Positions 1 through 13,099 are shown, numbered from the whole stretch's first letter. The stretch: DNA of 59,761 nt, filler included, from Sphacelaria rigidula (GCA_964200075.2; 8 parts of 8 records of this genome joined end to end with filler, not necessarily neighbours in it), one strand, 5' to 3'. Numbers and translations are program-made. The notes: a model not told the origin generated them from the sequence alone.

Positions 1-1149
1 CAGGCGCAGATTTGGGGTCCACCAAGGCCTCACTTTGTTCAGAGAATGTATGTACCGCCCTTGCCCGAGGTTTCTCGGTCTGCGTTGGGTTGGACCAACC
101 CAACTAGCCTCCTGGCACTCCAACGGATCGCAAGCATGGACGAAAAGCTACGCAGTGGTACAGTGGCATCCAGCATATATGGAACAACGACGGAAGTAAC
201 GGTAGGGTTATCTATATGAATTTTGGATCCATGTCGTTTCCTTCCGATGACGTTAGGCATATTTTACTCGACGAGCCTGAATAAGCCCCGAAAGTCGATC
301 TGTTCGTGTCTTTTCGTGCTTTTGGTCGGTGACACTTTTTTTGCCCAGTTTGGGGGGGTCAGGCGCGCCCATAACTGTCAAACACACATATATATGGAAC
401 ATTTATGAGGTGCGCGTAGGACAGGGTATGCACCGAGACACCCTGGGTTTACAAGGGTATTTTTTAGTACAGTACCCTATAACATGTAAGGATACGTGAG
501 GTATCGACTGCACACAGTACCTGAAGCATCGATATCAATAATAGTTTTCAGTGCAGCATAGTAACCACGGGTAAATCGCACCCTCCCCCATCCTAAGCGC
601 ATTTGCACCATTTCGAGTCGCCATCCACTCGTTCAGGGTGCAGTCAGGGGTCTGTCTCAAAACAATTCCGGACATGTAGGCCCCAAGATCGAAAAATTGG
701 GTTCTAGGGGGGGGAGGAGGGGGCACCCAGCCTACTGTCCCCTAGTTTATTGCCGAGGCATTGGCGCATACGGTCAGCTGCCGTGCACAGAGATCCTTGG
801 ATTGGAGACCGCTGAGATGGCGGACACGCCGCCCCCCCCAAGCTCATCACTTACAATGATTACTTTTATGGGGTCGTGTCGTGTGCCTCGAGTACCTACC
901 AGCAGTTCGGGCAAGTTTGGCGAGGCGTGAGAAAATGTTGCTACTTTGCCTACAGGCTATCGCTACCATGCGCCCGTGTGCATACATGTGTGTGAGCGTG
1001 GCCGGCATCCGGGGTCATCGGGACAGAGCGGACAAGGAGCAGAAGCAAATATACGACCATACATAGTAGCGCTAGTTACAGGGTTGATAGTCCTGGGGAG
1101 AACCCACGATCCACCAGTGTAACAGCTGAGCGATCATGGGCTGTACTCT

Positions 1150-1257
1150 TGAAACGCTTGGACGGTGAGAGGTTGTCTGTTGAATCGGCATGCATCAATT
1201 TTACCGGGGGAAAGCTTGCATGATCCAGACGGACGACCCTCGCGGTCCAAGGGTTAC
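1150..1257. mobile_element. Degenerate copy of the ~100 bp piggyBac-type MITE unit
   Basis: Shares gaatcggcat...gcatgatccaga...ctcgcggtccaagggtta with the right half of the 2687-2886 element. Confidence 0.55.
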
Positions 1258-1876
1258 CAATGTTAAAAATTTCTTCTCAGCTAGCATCAACGACGAGTAG
1301 TGAGCTATGTGTAGTAAATAAGAGCAACGGGACTGTGACGTACAGTACCTGTAAAATAAAGGGGGTGTTATACGGAGCACAATAGCGGAGGGATCTTGAC
1401 CGGTTCGATTTGCAGTGATCGAGCAGAAAACAGGGGGCTTACTATTCCGCAATAAGTACAGTATCGTCCTCTGTGCGGTCCCCCCAAAAAATCAGTGACG
1501 GCACGACAGGGGCCCCGTGGTTGGGGGTAAATTCACAGCAAACTTGATGTTTTCACCCGCGATTGCCGCCACTGAAGACTCTGTATCGTACTACATCGTC
1601 CGTTCAAGCGGCGGCTGTTCTTTCAAAACCATGGATGGCACGTCAGCTTCCTCTGCCGTAGTTCACACAGAAGCTCGGCTTGAAAGCGCTCGTACACAGG
1701 CTCATGGCCCATAAGGAGCAAGCGTGAGAGCAAAAAGTCGCCTGCTTCCGTTGCGGATCATGTTTTCGTCTTGTCCAGTGTCGACGGATTGTGTTGCCCC
1801 ACGCTGCCCCGTCTTGAGCATCACAAAAATCAAAACTCACTCCTACACCACAACTACGGCACAACAGCCAACGCAC

Positions 1877-2137
1877 CTCGGCGATACCCTTGCGGATGGT
1901 CTTCGTCACGTGTGAGCCGAGAAAAACAGCACCGAGAAACTCAAATACTCCAGCAAGCATAACAGCTTGCTTGATGGTCAACGTCTTGGCACCCACCGAG
2001 GTGGCGAAAGCATTGGCGACATCGTTGGCACCAGTACCGAAGGCAGCGAAAAAGGCACCGAAGGCACCGACGATCACGATCCACAGCCACTGGTCCGTCG
2101 TCTCAGGAACGAGAATGCGCCCATCGAACGCGCTCAT
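1877..2137 (-). CDS. PHO4: Exon 1 of a PiT/PHO4 (SLC20) family inorganic phosphate transporter
   Basis: ATG at 2137 opens MSAFDG...FAAFGTGANDVANAFATSVGAKTLT...FEFLGAVFLGSHVTKTIRKGIAE, carrying the PiT signature GANDVANA. It ends at a GAG|GTGCGT donor (phase 0, 87 codons). Downstream exons were not identified in 1-1876. Confidence 0.93.
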
Positions 2138-2686
2138 GATGCCTATAGTAGTCGAAAGCCTACGGTGCGTTGTTTCGAGAGGTGGTATCAAGGGGTGGTG
2201 TGGAGAATGCATCCCCAGGTGTTTTCCATCAATCCCTTCGAGATATCAGGAATGGCGAAGAAGTTTGTGTTCTTGTCCTGGGGGAATGAGGAAAATGAGT
2301 ATGAGCTTGGAAGGGAGAAACAGACCGTAGTCAGCGCTTTAGATGGGGAGAGTGCCCTTGCGCTGGCGCACATTTTGTACTGAAATTGACGGAAAGCGGG
2401 TCTCCTCCGATGTGGCATGTTGTGTGGCTTTGCCGCACCCGGCGATTTTGTCGCGCGCACTCTTTCCCCGCGAGGTAAAAAGATGTGCGGCATGAGAAAT
2501 TTCGCCCAAGAAGGCTTGCCGAAGAAAATAATGGTTTCCTTTGTTTTCACCGTGAAGAGGCGACGAAACAAATTGAAAAATTTCCTCCCGCCTGACGGCG
2601 AGAAAAACGTTTTGGGCGGGGCGCCTGCCGGGGGGGGAGGGGGAGGCGACTTCGCTGTCGCACATACGGCCTGTGGCCTATCTTAA

Positions 2687-2886
2687 CCCTTAGACCGGGG
2701 GGGTAGTTCATCCGGATGATTTATACTTTTTTCAAGCGAAATTGGTGCCGATTCAATAGATGACCTACTCTCGCTGTCTGATGGTTGTCCCTTAGACCGC
2801 GAGGTTAGTCTTTTGTAGACTCGGCATCAATTTCAAGTGAAAAAATGTATGCATGATCCAGAAAGACTAATCTCGCGGTCTAAGGG
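2687..2886. mobile_element. piggyBac-type MITE, an inverted dimer of a ~100 bp unit
   Basis: TTAA|CCCTTAGACCG...CGGTCTAAGGG|TTAA (TTAA at 2683-2686 and 2887-2890). A second CCCTTAGACCG lies internally at ~2788. The two halves resemble the 10607-10707 unit in opposite orientations. Confidence 0.8.
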
Positions 2887-3122
2887 TTAAGCGCTGAATG
2901 GGATCATTATCGGGGACAAGCCCTATACAAATTTCAAGATAGAAGCGCGACATCGCGGTCAAGCGGTAAAATATTACAAGAATATTATATTATACCACAC
3001 TTGTGGAGAGGCGATGAGTCGGGGGAGTCAATAAACCGGCGGCACAAATTTCAATGTATGCTTCTGGCTTTGTGAGGCAGTCGATTTGATGTATACCGAT
3101 GCACACAAACTTCGCATATATA

Positions 3123-4554
3123 TGTACATGTATCATTCACTTTTTTCATCACTTTTGCCGAGTTTTCTCTGGCGGCAAGGCATCTCATCACGCGCTTTCT
3201 TTTGCAGTGCACGAAAGAGGCGCAGCGGTACATTACCGTTCAGGTTTGGGTGTCATCTGATAACTGTGGCGCGTGTTCTGGCCATCGAAAGTCGCCCGCA
3301 CTGGCTCTTTTTCGCGGGGTGTCGATCCCGGACCACAAAAACCTTCCCAAGTTCATGAAACACTTCAAGCAGCAGGATGATGGTTGGCGGGGTATTTTCT
3401 TCCCGTGTTTCTCTTCCTTGGGTTCTCGTTCATTTGGGAGCACGAGTACACCGTTTATGCCGCCAACGTCACGACAACATGAGAACAATGCAGTTGAAAA
3501 CAATTGAACATTACCTTGGCCTTAGTCAGCAGCAAACACCGCACCGTGCGGTGAGCCTTTGACGAGTTGAACAAGGCACAAACGTGGGCAAAAGTCCCCA
3601 CTGTGGGTCAACGGTGTAAAACCAGCAAAGCGGGATGCCGAAATCCCTGTGATCATGCAACCCGTAATATCAGTGAAGCACTGGCGCAGGGATATCCTTG
3701 TGACAGGGTTGACAGGTTTGTCCTTGTGACAGGGATGACAGGGAGAATCATACGAGAAGGAACCTCATGTATCTTTCGACGGCTTAGTACTGTATTTTCA
3801 GTACAAGTCAAGCGTTACTTGGCTTGTGGATTTCTCCGCCGTGTCTCAACGAACTAGCCTGAGAATTGGCACAGAGGTAGACCACAACACAGACAGCATA
3901 TTCTCGTATCGGCGGCACGTTTTATTTGGTGCGCACGAAGTTAATACGGATTCTTGGTAATGCCATCGATATGCCCTCAAAACGGAGTCCCCTCGGCCCA
4001 CACTGTGTGAGACGTCAGTGGATGCATCTATGGACACGCAGATGCGCTCACTTCCACATCATTACCTGCTGGGTGGCTCCTGCCCCGGCAAACGAGCATC
4101 GATCCGTATTGGGTACACTCGATGATGTCATTTTTCGAGGTATACCTATCTTGATATCGCCTGTAGAGGTACTCACTTTAGGGGGCACGGTCGTGCAAGC
4201 GCTGTCAGTGCTTTAACGCGCAATGTATACCATGTACATGCATCATTTTACATTTTCACCGCTTTTGCCGAGTCTCCTCTGGTGGCAAGGCATTTTATCC
4301 CACACGTCCTATTGCAGCGCACCGAGAAGGCTCAGTGGTACATTACCGTTCGGGTTTAGGCGCCATCTGATACCTGTGGCGCGTGTTCTGGCCACCGAAA
4401 GTCGCTCAAACTGGCCTTTTTTCGCGCGGTGTGGATATCGAACCACAAAAGCCTTCAAGATCGTGGAAAACTGGACAAAATACAAAATATGTATGTTCGA
4501 CTTGCGTCACTCCCGAGAGGCACGTACCAACCTCCCGAAGGGGAACCTTGTACA
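3123..4554 (+). mobile_element. Non-coding ~1.4 kb interspersed element with an internal ~230 bp direct repeat, flanked by (TA)n
   Basis: Highly similar to 45139-46786 on the reverse strand. 3123-3352 is repeated at ~4232-4460. Both ends are TGTACA next to TATATA. Confidence 0.8.
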
Positions 4555-4847
4555 TATATATCGTATGATACAGGTATCGAATTTTGTAAAGCACCGCACT
4601 ACTGCTGCAGTAAAGATCTCAGAGCGCTTTATAGGCACTGTAATCTTCCGTCGCCGCAGGCTTCGAATCTCTGATGCAGCCGTATCCAAATCTCCAGCTA
4701 CTTACAGTAGGTATGTCATCCCTTATCAGATACGATCCGTATCAGTGCGTTCTCCGTCGGTTTGTGGGATCGGATTTTCATTATCATCTCGTATTTTTTC
4801 AAAAATAACAAGCCAGGAGCGCCCATCTCGTGAAATGTCCCCCGTCT

Positions 4848-4858
4848 CATTATTATTA

Positions 4859-4890
<32 letters not shown>

Positions 4891-4961
4891 GTTATCATTA
4901 TTATTATCATTATTATTATTATCATTATTATTATTATTATTATTTATTGTTATTGTTATTA
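4848..4961. repeat. (TTA)n microsatellite
   Basis: Direct observation; it explains the poly-Leu and poly-Ile ORFs. Confidence 0.95.
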
Positions 4962-6079
4962 TGGCGCCGAGTTCATAGGTACGGGTCGCTATGAAATAAT
5001 TGAACTGAATTCATCGATTTTTTCGTTGTTTTCCATGATTCTTGTCGGGATTATCGCTGGACACGTGCGTTACTCGAACCCTAATTGCCACAGAGAGGTC
5101 AACAAGATTGCACTGTTCGGTTAATTTTTGCCCGGCCCTGTTGTGGACTACTTCAATTCCCTCCGTTGGCTTGCTATAGCCCAGGACAGTAGAAGGAGGA
5201 GAGCTGGGGGGGGGTGGAAATGCAGTCAGCACAGGGTCAGCATCGATAATATTTTGATACACAACAAGATGGCACCAAGTCAAAGCAAGCGAAGCGTACA
5301 CCTTCGAAAGGAAGCGGGATTCTAGTGCACGGAATCGTATACACAAGAGAGATACATTATTACGTTGGCTGTCTGATGTCCTATGTGTAGAGTGCTTGGT
5401 TGTCTCCAGCGTTGTACCGCAATAACTTTCTGTCGCGATACCGACTGTATCGCAAGATACGCCAACGCTGGCCAGCCAGTTGGCACCGTGCTTGATTGTC
5501 ATGCATATCTGTACGGCATCGATCAACGCGAGTCATCCAGAACAACAGCACGACAGCCTACAACAGGGGGCCAGCAGTATTCGTGCTTTGATGCGTGTGG
5601 AGTCTTTTTCTCGGTTTATGTTCCGTCCGAGCAACATGAAACAACACACAACGACGACGATGGCGCCATCTTGAATCGTGCGCCGTATCCAAGGCCGTGC
5701 ACATGCAGCAGCAACCTAAGCGCAAATGAAGACTGCAACACCAACCCAGGCCACCGCAACCATACCGCGGGCATGGCGATGCTCATAGCGAACATTGGGT
5801 AAACTACCCAGTAATCCAATAGACAGAGCGCCGCTTGTGAGACTGCCTTCGTCTTGGATATCATCCTGCCTCCGCACGGTGCTGCACCGCGGCTGCGGGC
5901 ACCAGAAGACCGGCAAAACCATGTGTGAGGGAACCTATACTAAAATCAAGTTTGTACTATGAAATGTACTATGAAATGTACTATGAAACGTAGAGGGACA
6001 GGACATATATTGAAATAAAATTACTTGAAATTAGTGTTTGTACCATGAAAATAAACCCGAACCTATGGACCCGCCGCCG
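4962..6079. mobile_element. Non-autonomous PIF/Harbinger-like DNA transposon inserted in (TTA)n
   Basis: Imperfect ~25 bp TIR: left TGGCGCCGAGTTCATAGGTACGGGT, right reverse complement CGGCGGCGGGTCCATAGGTTCGGGT. TTA lies on both sides, and the TTA-rich tract resumes at 6080. Subterminal (TGTACTATGAAA)x3. Confidence 0.6.
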
Positions 6080-7232
6080 TTATTAGCATTATCATTACTA
6101 TTATTATATATTATTATTATTATCATTTCCGCACATTAGTCCGATATCGCGAACCCGTGGTCACAGACGTGAGCTCGCCATTCCAATACCGTCCGTGCTA
6201 TCCCTTACAAGGCATATTACCAAAAATAAAAATAAGAAGCGAGACGCCACGAAAAACGGTGAGAAGCAGCTCCCCAGTCCAACGACAGGTAGCATCCTTA
6301 TTTGCAATCACTGGGTGCATGAATGTTTTTCCGAGGTGGAGTAAGGAGGGCTGTGCATCCGTCTGTTAGCAGATTCATAATCGCAAAACTGCAAGCGCTG
6401 GACAGTGCAGCGAGCAGCACGCCCTCGAGGTTCATCTTGGTCTTACTTCCTCTGATCTTGATTTTTTTTCTGCGGATGACGCAAAAAATGCGCATCCATC
6501 ACACAGCAAATGCAAGAGTGTTTCTAGGGTAGAAGTGCACAATTTTTTGCCGAGGTTCTATACCTCAGGAGCCTTTCGACGACGAACGTCTGTACCCCAG
6601 TGTGCAGCCTCAGAAGAAAAATAAATGGGGACTAAAAAGTGCACCCCTTCCGTGACATGACTCTGAACAAGCATGCCAAAAACAACAACAATCACAACAA
6701 CGCGGTTACACTCCCACCAACATTTATGTTAACGTCACCGACATGGACGAACTTGACTGTGCAGAACGCCAAGCTGTAGAGCTAGCTGTACTCACGCATT
6801 CAAGCGATCAAAGCTTGCGCTGTACCGTCTGAATTACATACCCCCTATCGTTACGTGCTACCCCCGCCCCCGCCCCCACGCTGAACTAACCACCCACGAA
6901 CAACGTAGAAAAGAAAAAAAAAAACTAACTTGGCAGACAAACGGAACGCGGCACAAAAGTAAACCAACCGAAAAATCGAAGATTGATTTCGTGCTACAGT
7001 GTCCAACCGTGGCACTGTATAATACACTTTCCCCACGAATTGCGTGCCCAATTGCCGGCAATCGAGCCCGAACATAAGTAGGACTACGCACCCCCCCGCG
7101 CGCGGCCTGCCGGGGCCAACCCGTAACTCGGGCCGGCTAATAGGAAAAATCACCACCCAGCCAGGGTGGACTACAAATACAATGAAGACCAGTACGTATA
7201 CCATACTACTCTTACTCGGGCAAGTGATGCTA

Positions 7233-7384
7233 CGGTAGGGGTACACAAATAATTTCTGAGTTTAGAATTGTTAGAAGTCCTTTATCTCATCCAAAACACG
7301 ACTAATGAAAATATGCAAGAGTACGCCAGGGTGACTATTCCAATGTGCTGGGGGTATCCCGAATAAATCTGCAAACGGGGATGC
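7233..7384. mobile_element. Left end of a Tc1/mariner-type MITE, truncated by the spacer
   Basis: TA|CGGTAGGGGTACACAAAT matches the left end of 18582-18846. Confidence 0.5.
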
Positions 7385-7484
7385 NNNNNNNNNNNNNNNN
7401 NNNNNNNNNNNNNNNNNNNNNNNNNNNNTTAATTAATTAANNNNNNNNNNNNNNNNNNNNNNNNNNNNNNNNNNNNNNNNNNNN
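7385..7484. other. Artificial spacer (N44-TTAATTAATTAA-N44)
   Basis: Identical 100-nt linkers lie at 7385, 14868, 22351, 29834, 37316, 44798 and 52280. The core has stops in all six frames. Confidence 0.97.
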
Positions 7485-7599
7485 CGTTCCGGTGGGCGCA
7501 CTCTGGCAGGCAGAATCATGAGTACCCCCCCCCCCTCGCCCCCCCCCCTCCAGACAGAAGCGGTCCACTATCCCCGTGCTCGTCCAAACACGTAACATG

Positions 7600-10500
7600 C
7601 TATCAAGGGTCGTTTCGCGGTCAAAGATCACTGACTCATGCGAAACATTATTCGTCTTCAATCACACGAAACACTCGCGTTATACCTGACTACGTACGAC
7701 CTCACGCATTTCGCACTTCCCGCTCATATTAGCGCCAAAAGCAACAATTAGCATTTCGGTATGCGCAAACCGCACGAAGACATTCCCGCCGTGTATCTGT
7801 GAGGACAGGGGGACACGAGCTTCATCTCATCAAACATGCAGCGCTATTACCTGCCGCAACCTGATGATTCGCACACACCATGCACTTCAGGAACAAACTG
7901 TAGCGAAAAGTCCTAATGTACATGCCAGCACTTCAGCGAACACATGCAATGCGACCTTCTTCGCGGAAATCGCCGTATGTACCGCGTGTGCTGATCAGAG
8001 CAACACACCACAGATCCCAAACATTCACTTGTACGCCAGCACTTCACCCAGCACACGCGACACAGTCACCCTCGCTTAACCGCCATGCTTCATGCGCAAA
8101 CGGTAGCACAAACATGACTACGAACCACACAACAACCAACTATGATCATCCTCAACAACGGTTTACAAATACCGGTCACAATGTGTTCCCTCACCCTCAA
8201 CTAGCACTTCATCACACCAGTACTTGCTCCTCGACATTACCCAACCTTGCGCTCACCACAACAGCAAACACTTGGCGTAATGCCTTCCTTGTAGTCCCCC
8301 AACCCGCTCCTGAGAAACAGCAGCACTCGAACCACAACCTCCTGCACATCCAGTCTTGTTTCGTCTCGATCATGTGGAGGCGGTATTTTGGAAGGTGAGG
8401 CGTCGGGACGAGACGCATCTCCAATGTAATGATTCTAAAATTGCGAGTACATGTTGGGTGATGCCACAGGTGGGAGTCAAAGCGACGCGTTCGGCGTCGC
8501 TAGGCGGTCAGGGCGCTGAGTGAGTTGCCACGGTCATAAGCATGGTCAGATTTCTTTTTACACTTCCAACAATTATGGAGGATGAAATATCAAACCGGCG
8601 GGGAGGCAGCAACAGATCCTGCCAACTGTCATGGTGCTTCACCTGTTCATGGATGAGTGCTCGACGAAAAATAGCCAACAAGTACCTATTCGGTTTCGTT
8701 TTATATCCAAGGGCGCAGGGCTCAACGTTGCCGCTTCAACTCGTACGACAGCTCGACGTGCAAGTCATCTCGCGTGAACTCTGGGTTCCGCCAAGGACCG
8801 CTCAAAAGCTATCTGGCAAGAGGCCACGTCCCTCTACATACAGTAACTGAACTTTCGGTACCCGAATGATATCAGTCTGATACCCATAGGGGTGGCCACT
8901 ATGGCATTCTTCTCTCAGTATCAAGTCAGAGGAAGGTGATACCAGGTGAATAAGTGAGTATTTCGATGGTCCAGTAACTTCCATTTCACGGAGTACTTTT
9001 TACTACCTTGTGAAGTGAAACGTGGTGCAAGTACAGCTCCAGTCAGCAGAGCAGTCCTTTCGTGCACGGCGTGTCACCCGCAGCTCTGAGAACACAGTTC
9101 CGGTTTGGACCTGAAGTGCGGGTACGGGGCACGGTTTCGAGTAGCAACGGTGATGTGTCCCATGGCTTTCCTCCTGCGCCGTGCTGATTCCTCGACCGTG
9201 ATACCGTGCCTGTGACGCCAGTCTTTCGCCCTGATTGTGATGACCCTCCTCTCACAATGGTTCAGAAAGCGGATAATTTGATCATTGAACCAGTGAGTGC
9301 TCACTGGCTTACTCATCATGATGTGCGCTTTCTCAGCTTTCTCTCTGGGTGCCAACACAATTGATTCCATGGAAGATGACTGCCATACCTGGAGCAATTC
9401 AGTTAGTGTAGAATAAAAAGACTCAGCAAGAAACAAGCCTACATATTATCGAAAAGTAACGAGACTAAACCATAGAGCGGCCTTAAACTCGAATGCTCGC
9501 TCTCAGCATCAGTACAGCTACAGCTCGCACCCCTACTTGCCACCCAGCTTGCCATCAAGTGGTATGCCTGCACCGCCAAACCAACATAACACATCACCGT
9601 TCCGCTCTACCTGCTCACTTCATGCGGGTCAGACTCCCCTGCTGCTTCGAGCACGCAAGGTGCGGCCCCAGCTACATGCTGGTGATCAACCGAACTCGGT
9701 CCAGCGACTCCATACACGCGAACCCGCCATCATCCTCTCCTTTGACCAGACACCCCTCTAAATCATCTGAACGATCTTCCGCCGTATCGCTGGAGCAGGA
9801 AGATTGGCCACATGCATGTCAACCCCCAAGCTTGCTCTGCTCGGCCACATTATGCACATAACACCCCTCGGCAGCTCTGAGCATGCGCGGTGTATCTTCA
9901 GCTACACCCTGGTCCTGCGGCAACACTCAAATGCGATCTTCGCCCCTCAGCGCTTGCTCACCGGCCCATGTATATTTTGCCCTTTCAACATCAGCAGCAG
10001 CAGGATCAAACATACTCGCCTCAGCTTTCACGTCCTGCCCGGCTGCCTCCTCGATGGCAGCAGCGGCAGGTATACTGTCTCCAGCACGTCTCGTGCCCGT
10101 CCTTTAAGACGAAAGTATGCTGCCTGATCTTCTCGCCCTTTCCAAAAGCAGCAGCAGCACCCAAACCAACTCCGACTGCACTCTCAGCGTGTGCGCTGTC
10201 GTGCCTATACCCTCTGACAGACGCGTGTTGTGTCGCCTTCTCGCCCTTCACAGTACAGGTTAGCGCCCCCGCGTTGTTATTTCAGACGCGCACATGCTGC
10301 GTGACCTTCGCGGCCTTCACAGTAGGGGCAGCAACCCCGCGCCGTTGCTCCAGGCGTGGCCGCGTCATGCGCATCCGTGGACGGCCAACATCCCGACCTC
10401 CATCTGAAGTCCCAGCGCCGTGCGCCACTCTCAACGGCGGTTCTTGTCTTGACGTTCTGTGCGCATGATCGCTCGCGTACGACGCATGCTTGCGCAGCGT

Positions 10501-11900
10501 GGATACCAATTGCTCGTGCCCTAACATTACGGGCATGAGATCTGTAAACGCTGGCACCTCAAGAACGTTCAAGTCTGTCCGACGCGCGTTCACCTCGCGT
10601 ACTCAACCCTTTGACTGCGAGGGTAGGTCACCTGCTGAATCGGCATTAATTTCACTTGAAAAAAGTATGTGCGATTTAGATGTACTACCCGCATCGCGGT
10701 CCAAAGGTTAACGCACAATGTGCTCATCCCTCCAGAAGACCTCAACGGATTCCTCATGGGAGAACATGCGACCGCAGTGTGGCATATCCAGCACCCGCAC
10801 ACGGACGACACAGCCATCGATGGTGATATATTGTTACACCTCGTCACCTTGAGCGATGGTACAAGCTTTCCTGCTACCTCCGCGCTTCTGACTGAGTGTC
10901 GAGCCATCACGAAATGTAAACATCATGAGTAACCACAACAAAACACCTCGACAGCATTCCTAGAAAACCGATGCTACTTCCCCAATCACAACTAGTCTTC
11001 CCCGTACACCAAGACGCGATTTGCCACCAGAGAACGATGACCACAACGTCCCGTCCTCGCGTAGTTTTCACCACTCCTCCGCCTCGCCTTGACCACAACT
11101 GGCCAACCTTGTCCCAGCCCTCCCGCAATGCTCCTGACCAGGCGCGCAGATTGCGCCGCGTTTTTGGCAGGCAATCTGGGCACGCCAGGTGTTGATCAAC
11201 CCCCCGCGCCTTCCGCACGAGCGATACCACAGCCCAGCCTACCACTACCTCAGAATCTGGTGGTTCTGCTCCTGCCAGCGCCTCTTGACATAAATACGCC
11301 TTGAGCTGGTCTTGTTTGCTGCCAGCTGATCAGGCCTGCAGACTCATCCCTGGCTCAATGTGTCAGCCCTTCAACAGCGGGCCCGATAAAATGTCTAGTG
11401 TAGAGTTCTGTAACTCAAGGCCAGTCAGCCAGGCGGACTCCTCCCACAATGGGCGCGTAGACTTCACCAGCTGTAGTTATTCATATATCAACCCCAGTTG
11501 TTGATTATACCGGAGAGCAGCGTCCCAGGTGCTCCTCTCACACAGTGAGAACCAACCTCCCGTCATCGAGGTGAAAGACTTACGGAGTGTACTGATCAGA
11601 CCCGCAGACTCGCGATCCATCAACCAGCCGGTGATGTGCCTGCGACACATTGTCCCGACTGCATTCGCGCACCTAACCTACGTAACAATGCTGTACAGCG
11701 CTCATGACTGCATGCACGTGTACTTGACTTGTGAAGGAAAGCACTGTCAAGTGCACACTTCATCCTCTCCCGCAAACACTTCCGGTAAAACTCAACTACA
11801 CCAGCCAACACACGAAACAAATCGTGACGAAGTAGGGACGGGCATGACAGCATCACGTGCAAGTATTCCTGACGAAGGTGCGACAGGAGGTGCTCGGGTC
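7600..11900 (-). pseudogene. Heavily decayed Ty1/Copia gag-pol relic(s)
   Basis: Minus-strand motif remnants in Copia order: protease-like WICHT (~10780), pre-integrase LWH (~8460), integrase DDHS (8139-8150) and PEVHGVCE resembling PQQNGVAE (7868-7891). Many stops and frameshifts. Confidence 0.55.
10607..10707. mobile_element. piggyBac-type MITE monomer nested in the Copia relic
   Basis: TCAA|CCCTTTGACTGCGA...TCGCGGTCCAAAGG|TTAA; same family as 2687-2886. Confidence 0.7.
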
Positions 11901-11928
11901 ATCATCTACCGTTAAAAATGACGCTGGT

Positions 11929-12366
11929 CCCGCAAATGGATATGGTTCTCTCAGCAGGCGAGAGAGGTTCCACCAGCGGTGGTCAACGAGACGATCCCAG
12001 AGATAATGGGGCGGTCAACAGCTGACAAAGGTAGCCACTAGTTACGTCTAGACGAGCGAACAGAGTAGAGGCGTACAACGTATCAAATGGTGCGGCAGTC
12101 AGAAGGTGAAGAATGGTGCTGATTCAATTTTGTACTGCAGCGACCCGAGCCCTACTGTCATCTTTTCCCAAATACTCGGACCAATGCATACCAATGAAAC
12201 GATGCCAATTCCACAAATGGATATAGTCTCTCAGCGCGCGGGAGAGCTTCCATCAGCGGTGATCAAAGGGTCGATCCCATAGAGATGATGCGGCATTCAA
12301 AAAATAAAAAAGGTGGCCGCTGGCCACCTCTAGACGAGCAGACAGAGAAGGCGCGCACAACGCATC
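11929..12366. repeat. Two diverged ~155 bp direct repeats (11929-12085 and 12211-12366)
   Basis: Both contain caaatggatat..tctctcagc...ttcca.cagcggtg.tcaa...tctagacgagc...acaacg.atc. Confidence 0.75.
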
Positions 12367-12493
12367 GATAGACGCGCACTATGCACCGCACGGAACGCAT
12401 CGCAACGCTACGCAGAACAGTAAAAACAGAACGCATCATAGAGTCAAGCGGAATATCCCTCGAGCGCTGAGAGCTTCTACAGAGAGAAAAGTA

Positions 12494-12727
12494 CTCTAAA
12501 TCGAGTGAAGACGGAATTCAGGCCACTCAAAGCTCGAGAGAATGGTATACCGGTCTGTTAGCCAAGGGAACTTCCCTGGTGCACTCCCAGACAAGAGGTA
12601 CATGACATAATCGAAACACTCTGAATCGAGTGAAAACGAAATGCAGACCTCTAAAAGCTCGAGAGGATGAAATGCCGGCCTGTTCGTATGCGAGTAAATT
12701 TTCCTGGTGCACTCTCAGACAAGAGGT
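12494..12727. repeat. Two tandem ~125 bp repeats
   Basis: Both read ctct.aatcgagtgaa.acg.aa...aaagctcgagag...cctggtgcactc.cagacaagaggt. Confidence 0.8.
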
Positions 12728-13099
12728 GAATAATATAACCGTTCACCTACTTCAAGCGACCGTACCAACCAACCTCTTGTTGCCGCCATGAAGAGATAAC
12801 GTTGATACCGGGAAACTCTCTCGGACACGGGGCAGGTGAAGTAGTGACACAGCCGAGCCATGAGAATTCCCCATGTGGGGAGTCGGGGAAAACGATACCC
12901 GACCCAGACAGTCAACACTGGACGTTTCCCAATGCCTACACTCCCCGACCGTTCGACATAGTAACGGAGAATGGTTGCTCTGGTATGATCTTGCCTTGGA
13001 TTATAAAGTATCATCCACCACTGCATACTTTTTTTTACATGAAGCCATCACCAACTCTCGAGGAAACAAGAAGTGATTCGATGCTGTCGACAGAAAAAA

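Noticed and set aside
1890..2383. Plus-strand ORFs of 146 and 138 aa
   Set aside because: They are antisense shadows of the PiT exon.
4223..4978. 251-aa ORF with a hydrophobic tail
   Set aside because: It spans a non-coding repeat and a (TTA)n microsatellite.
6839..7243. Apparent TIR element
   Set aside because: It is better explained as the right end of one mariner-type MITE next to the left end of another.
7429..7440. TTAATTAATTAA as a biological motif or piggyBac site
   Set aside because: It is centred in N-runs at fixed periodicity, so it is a linker.
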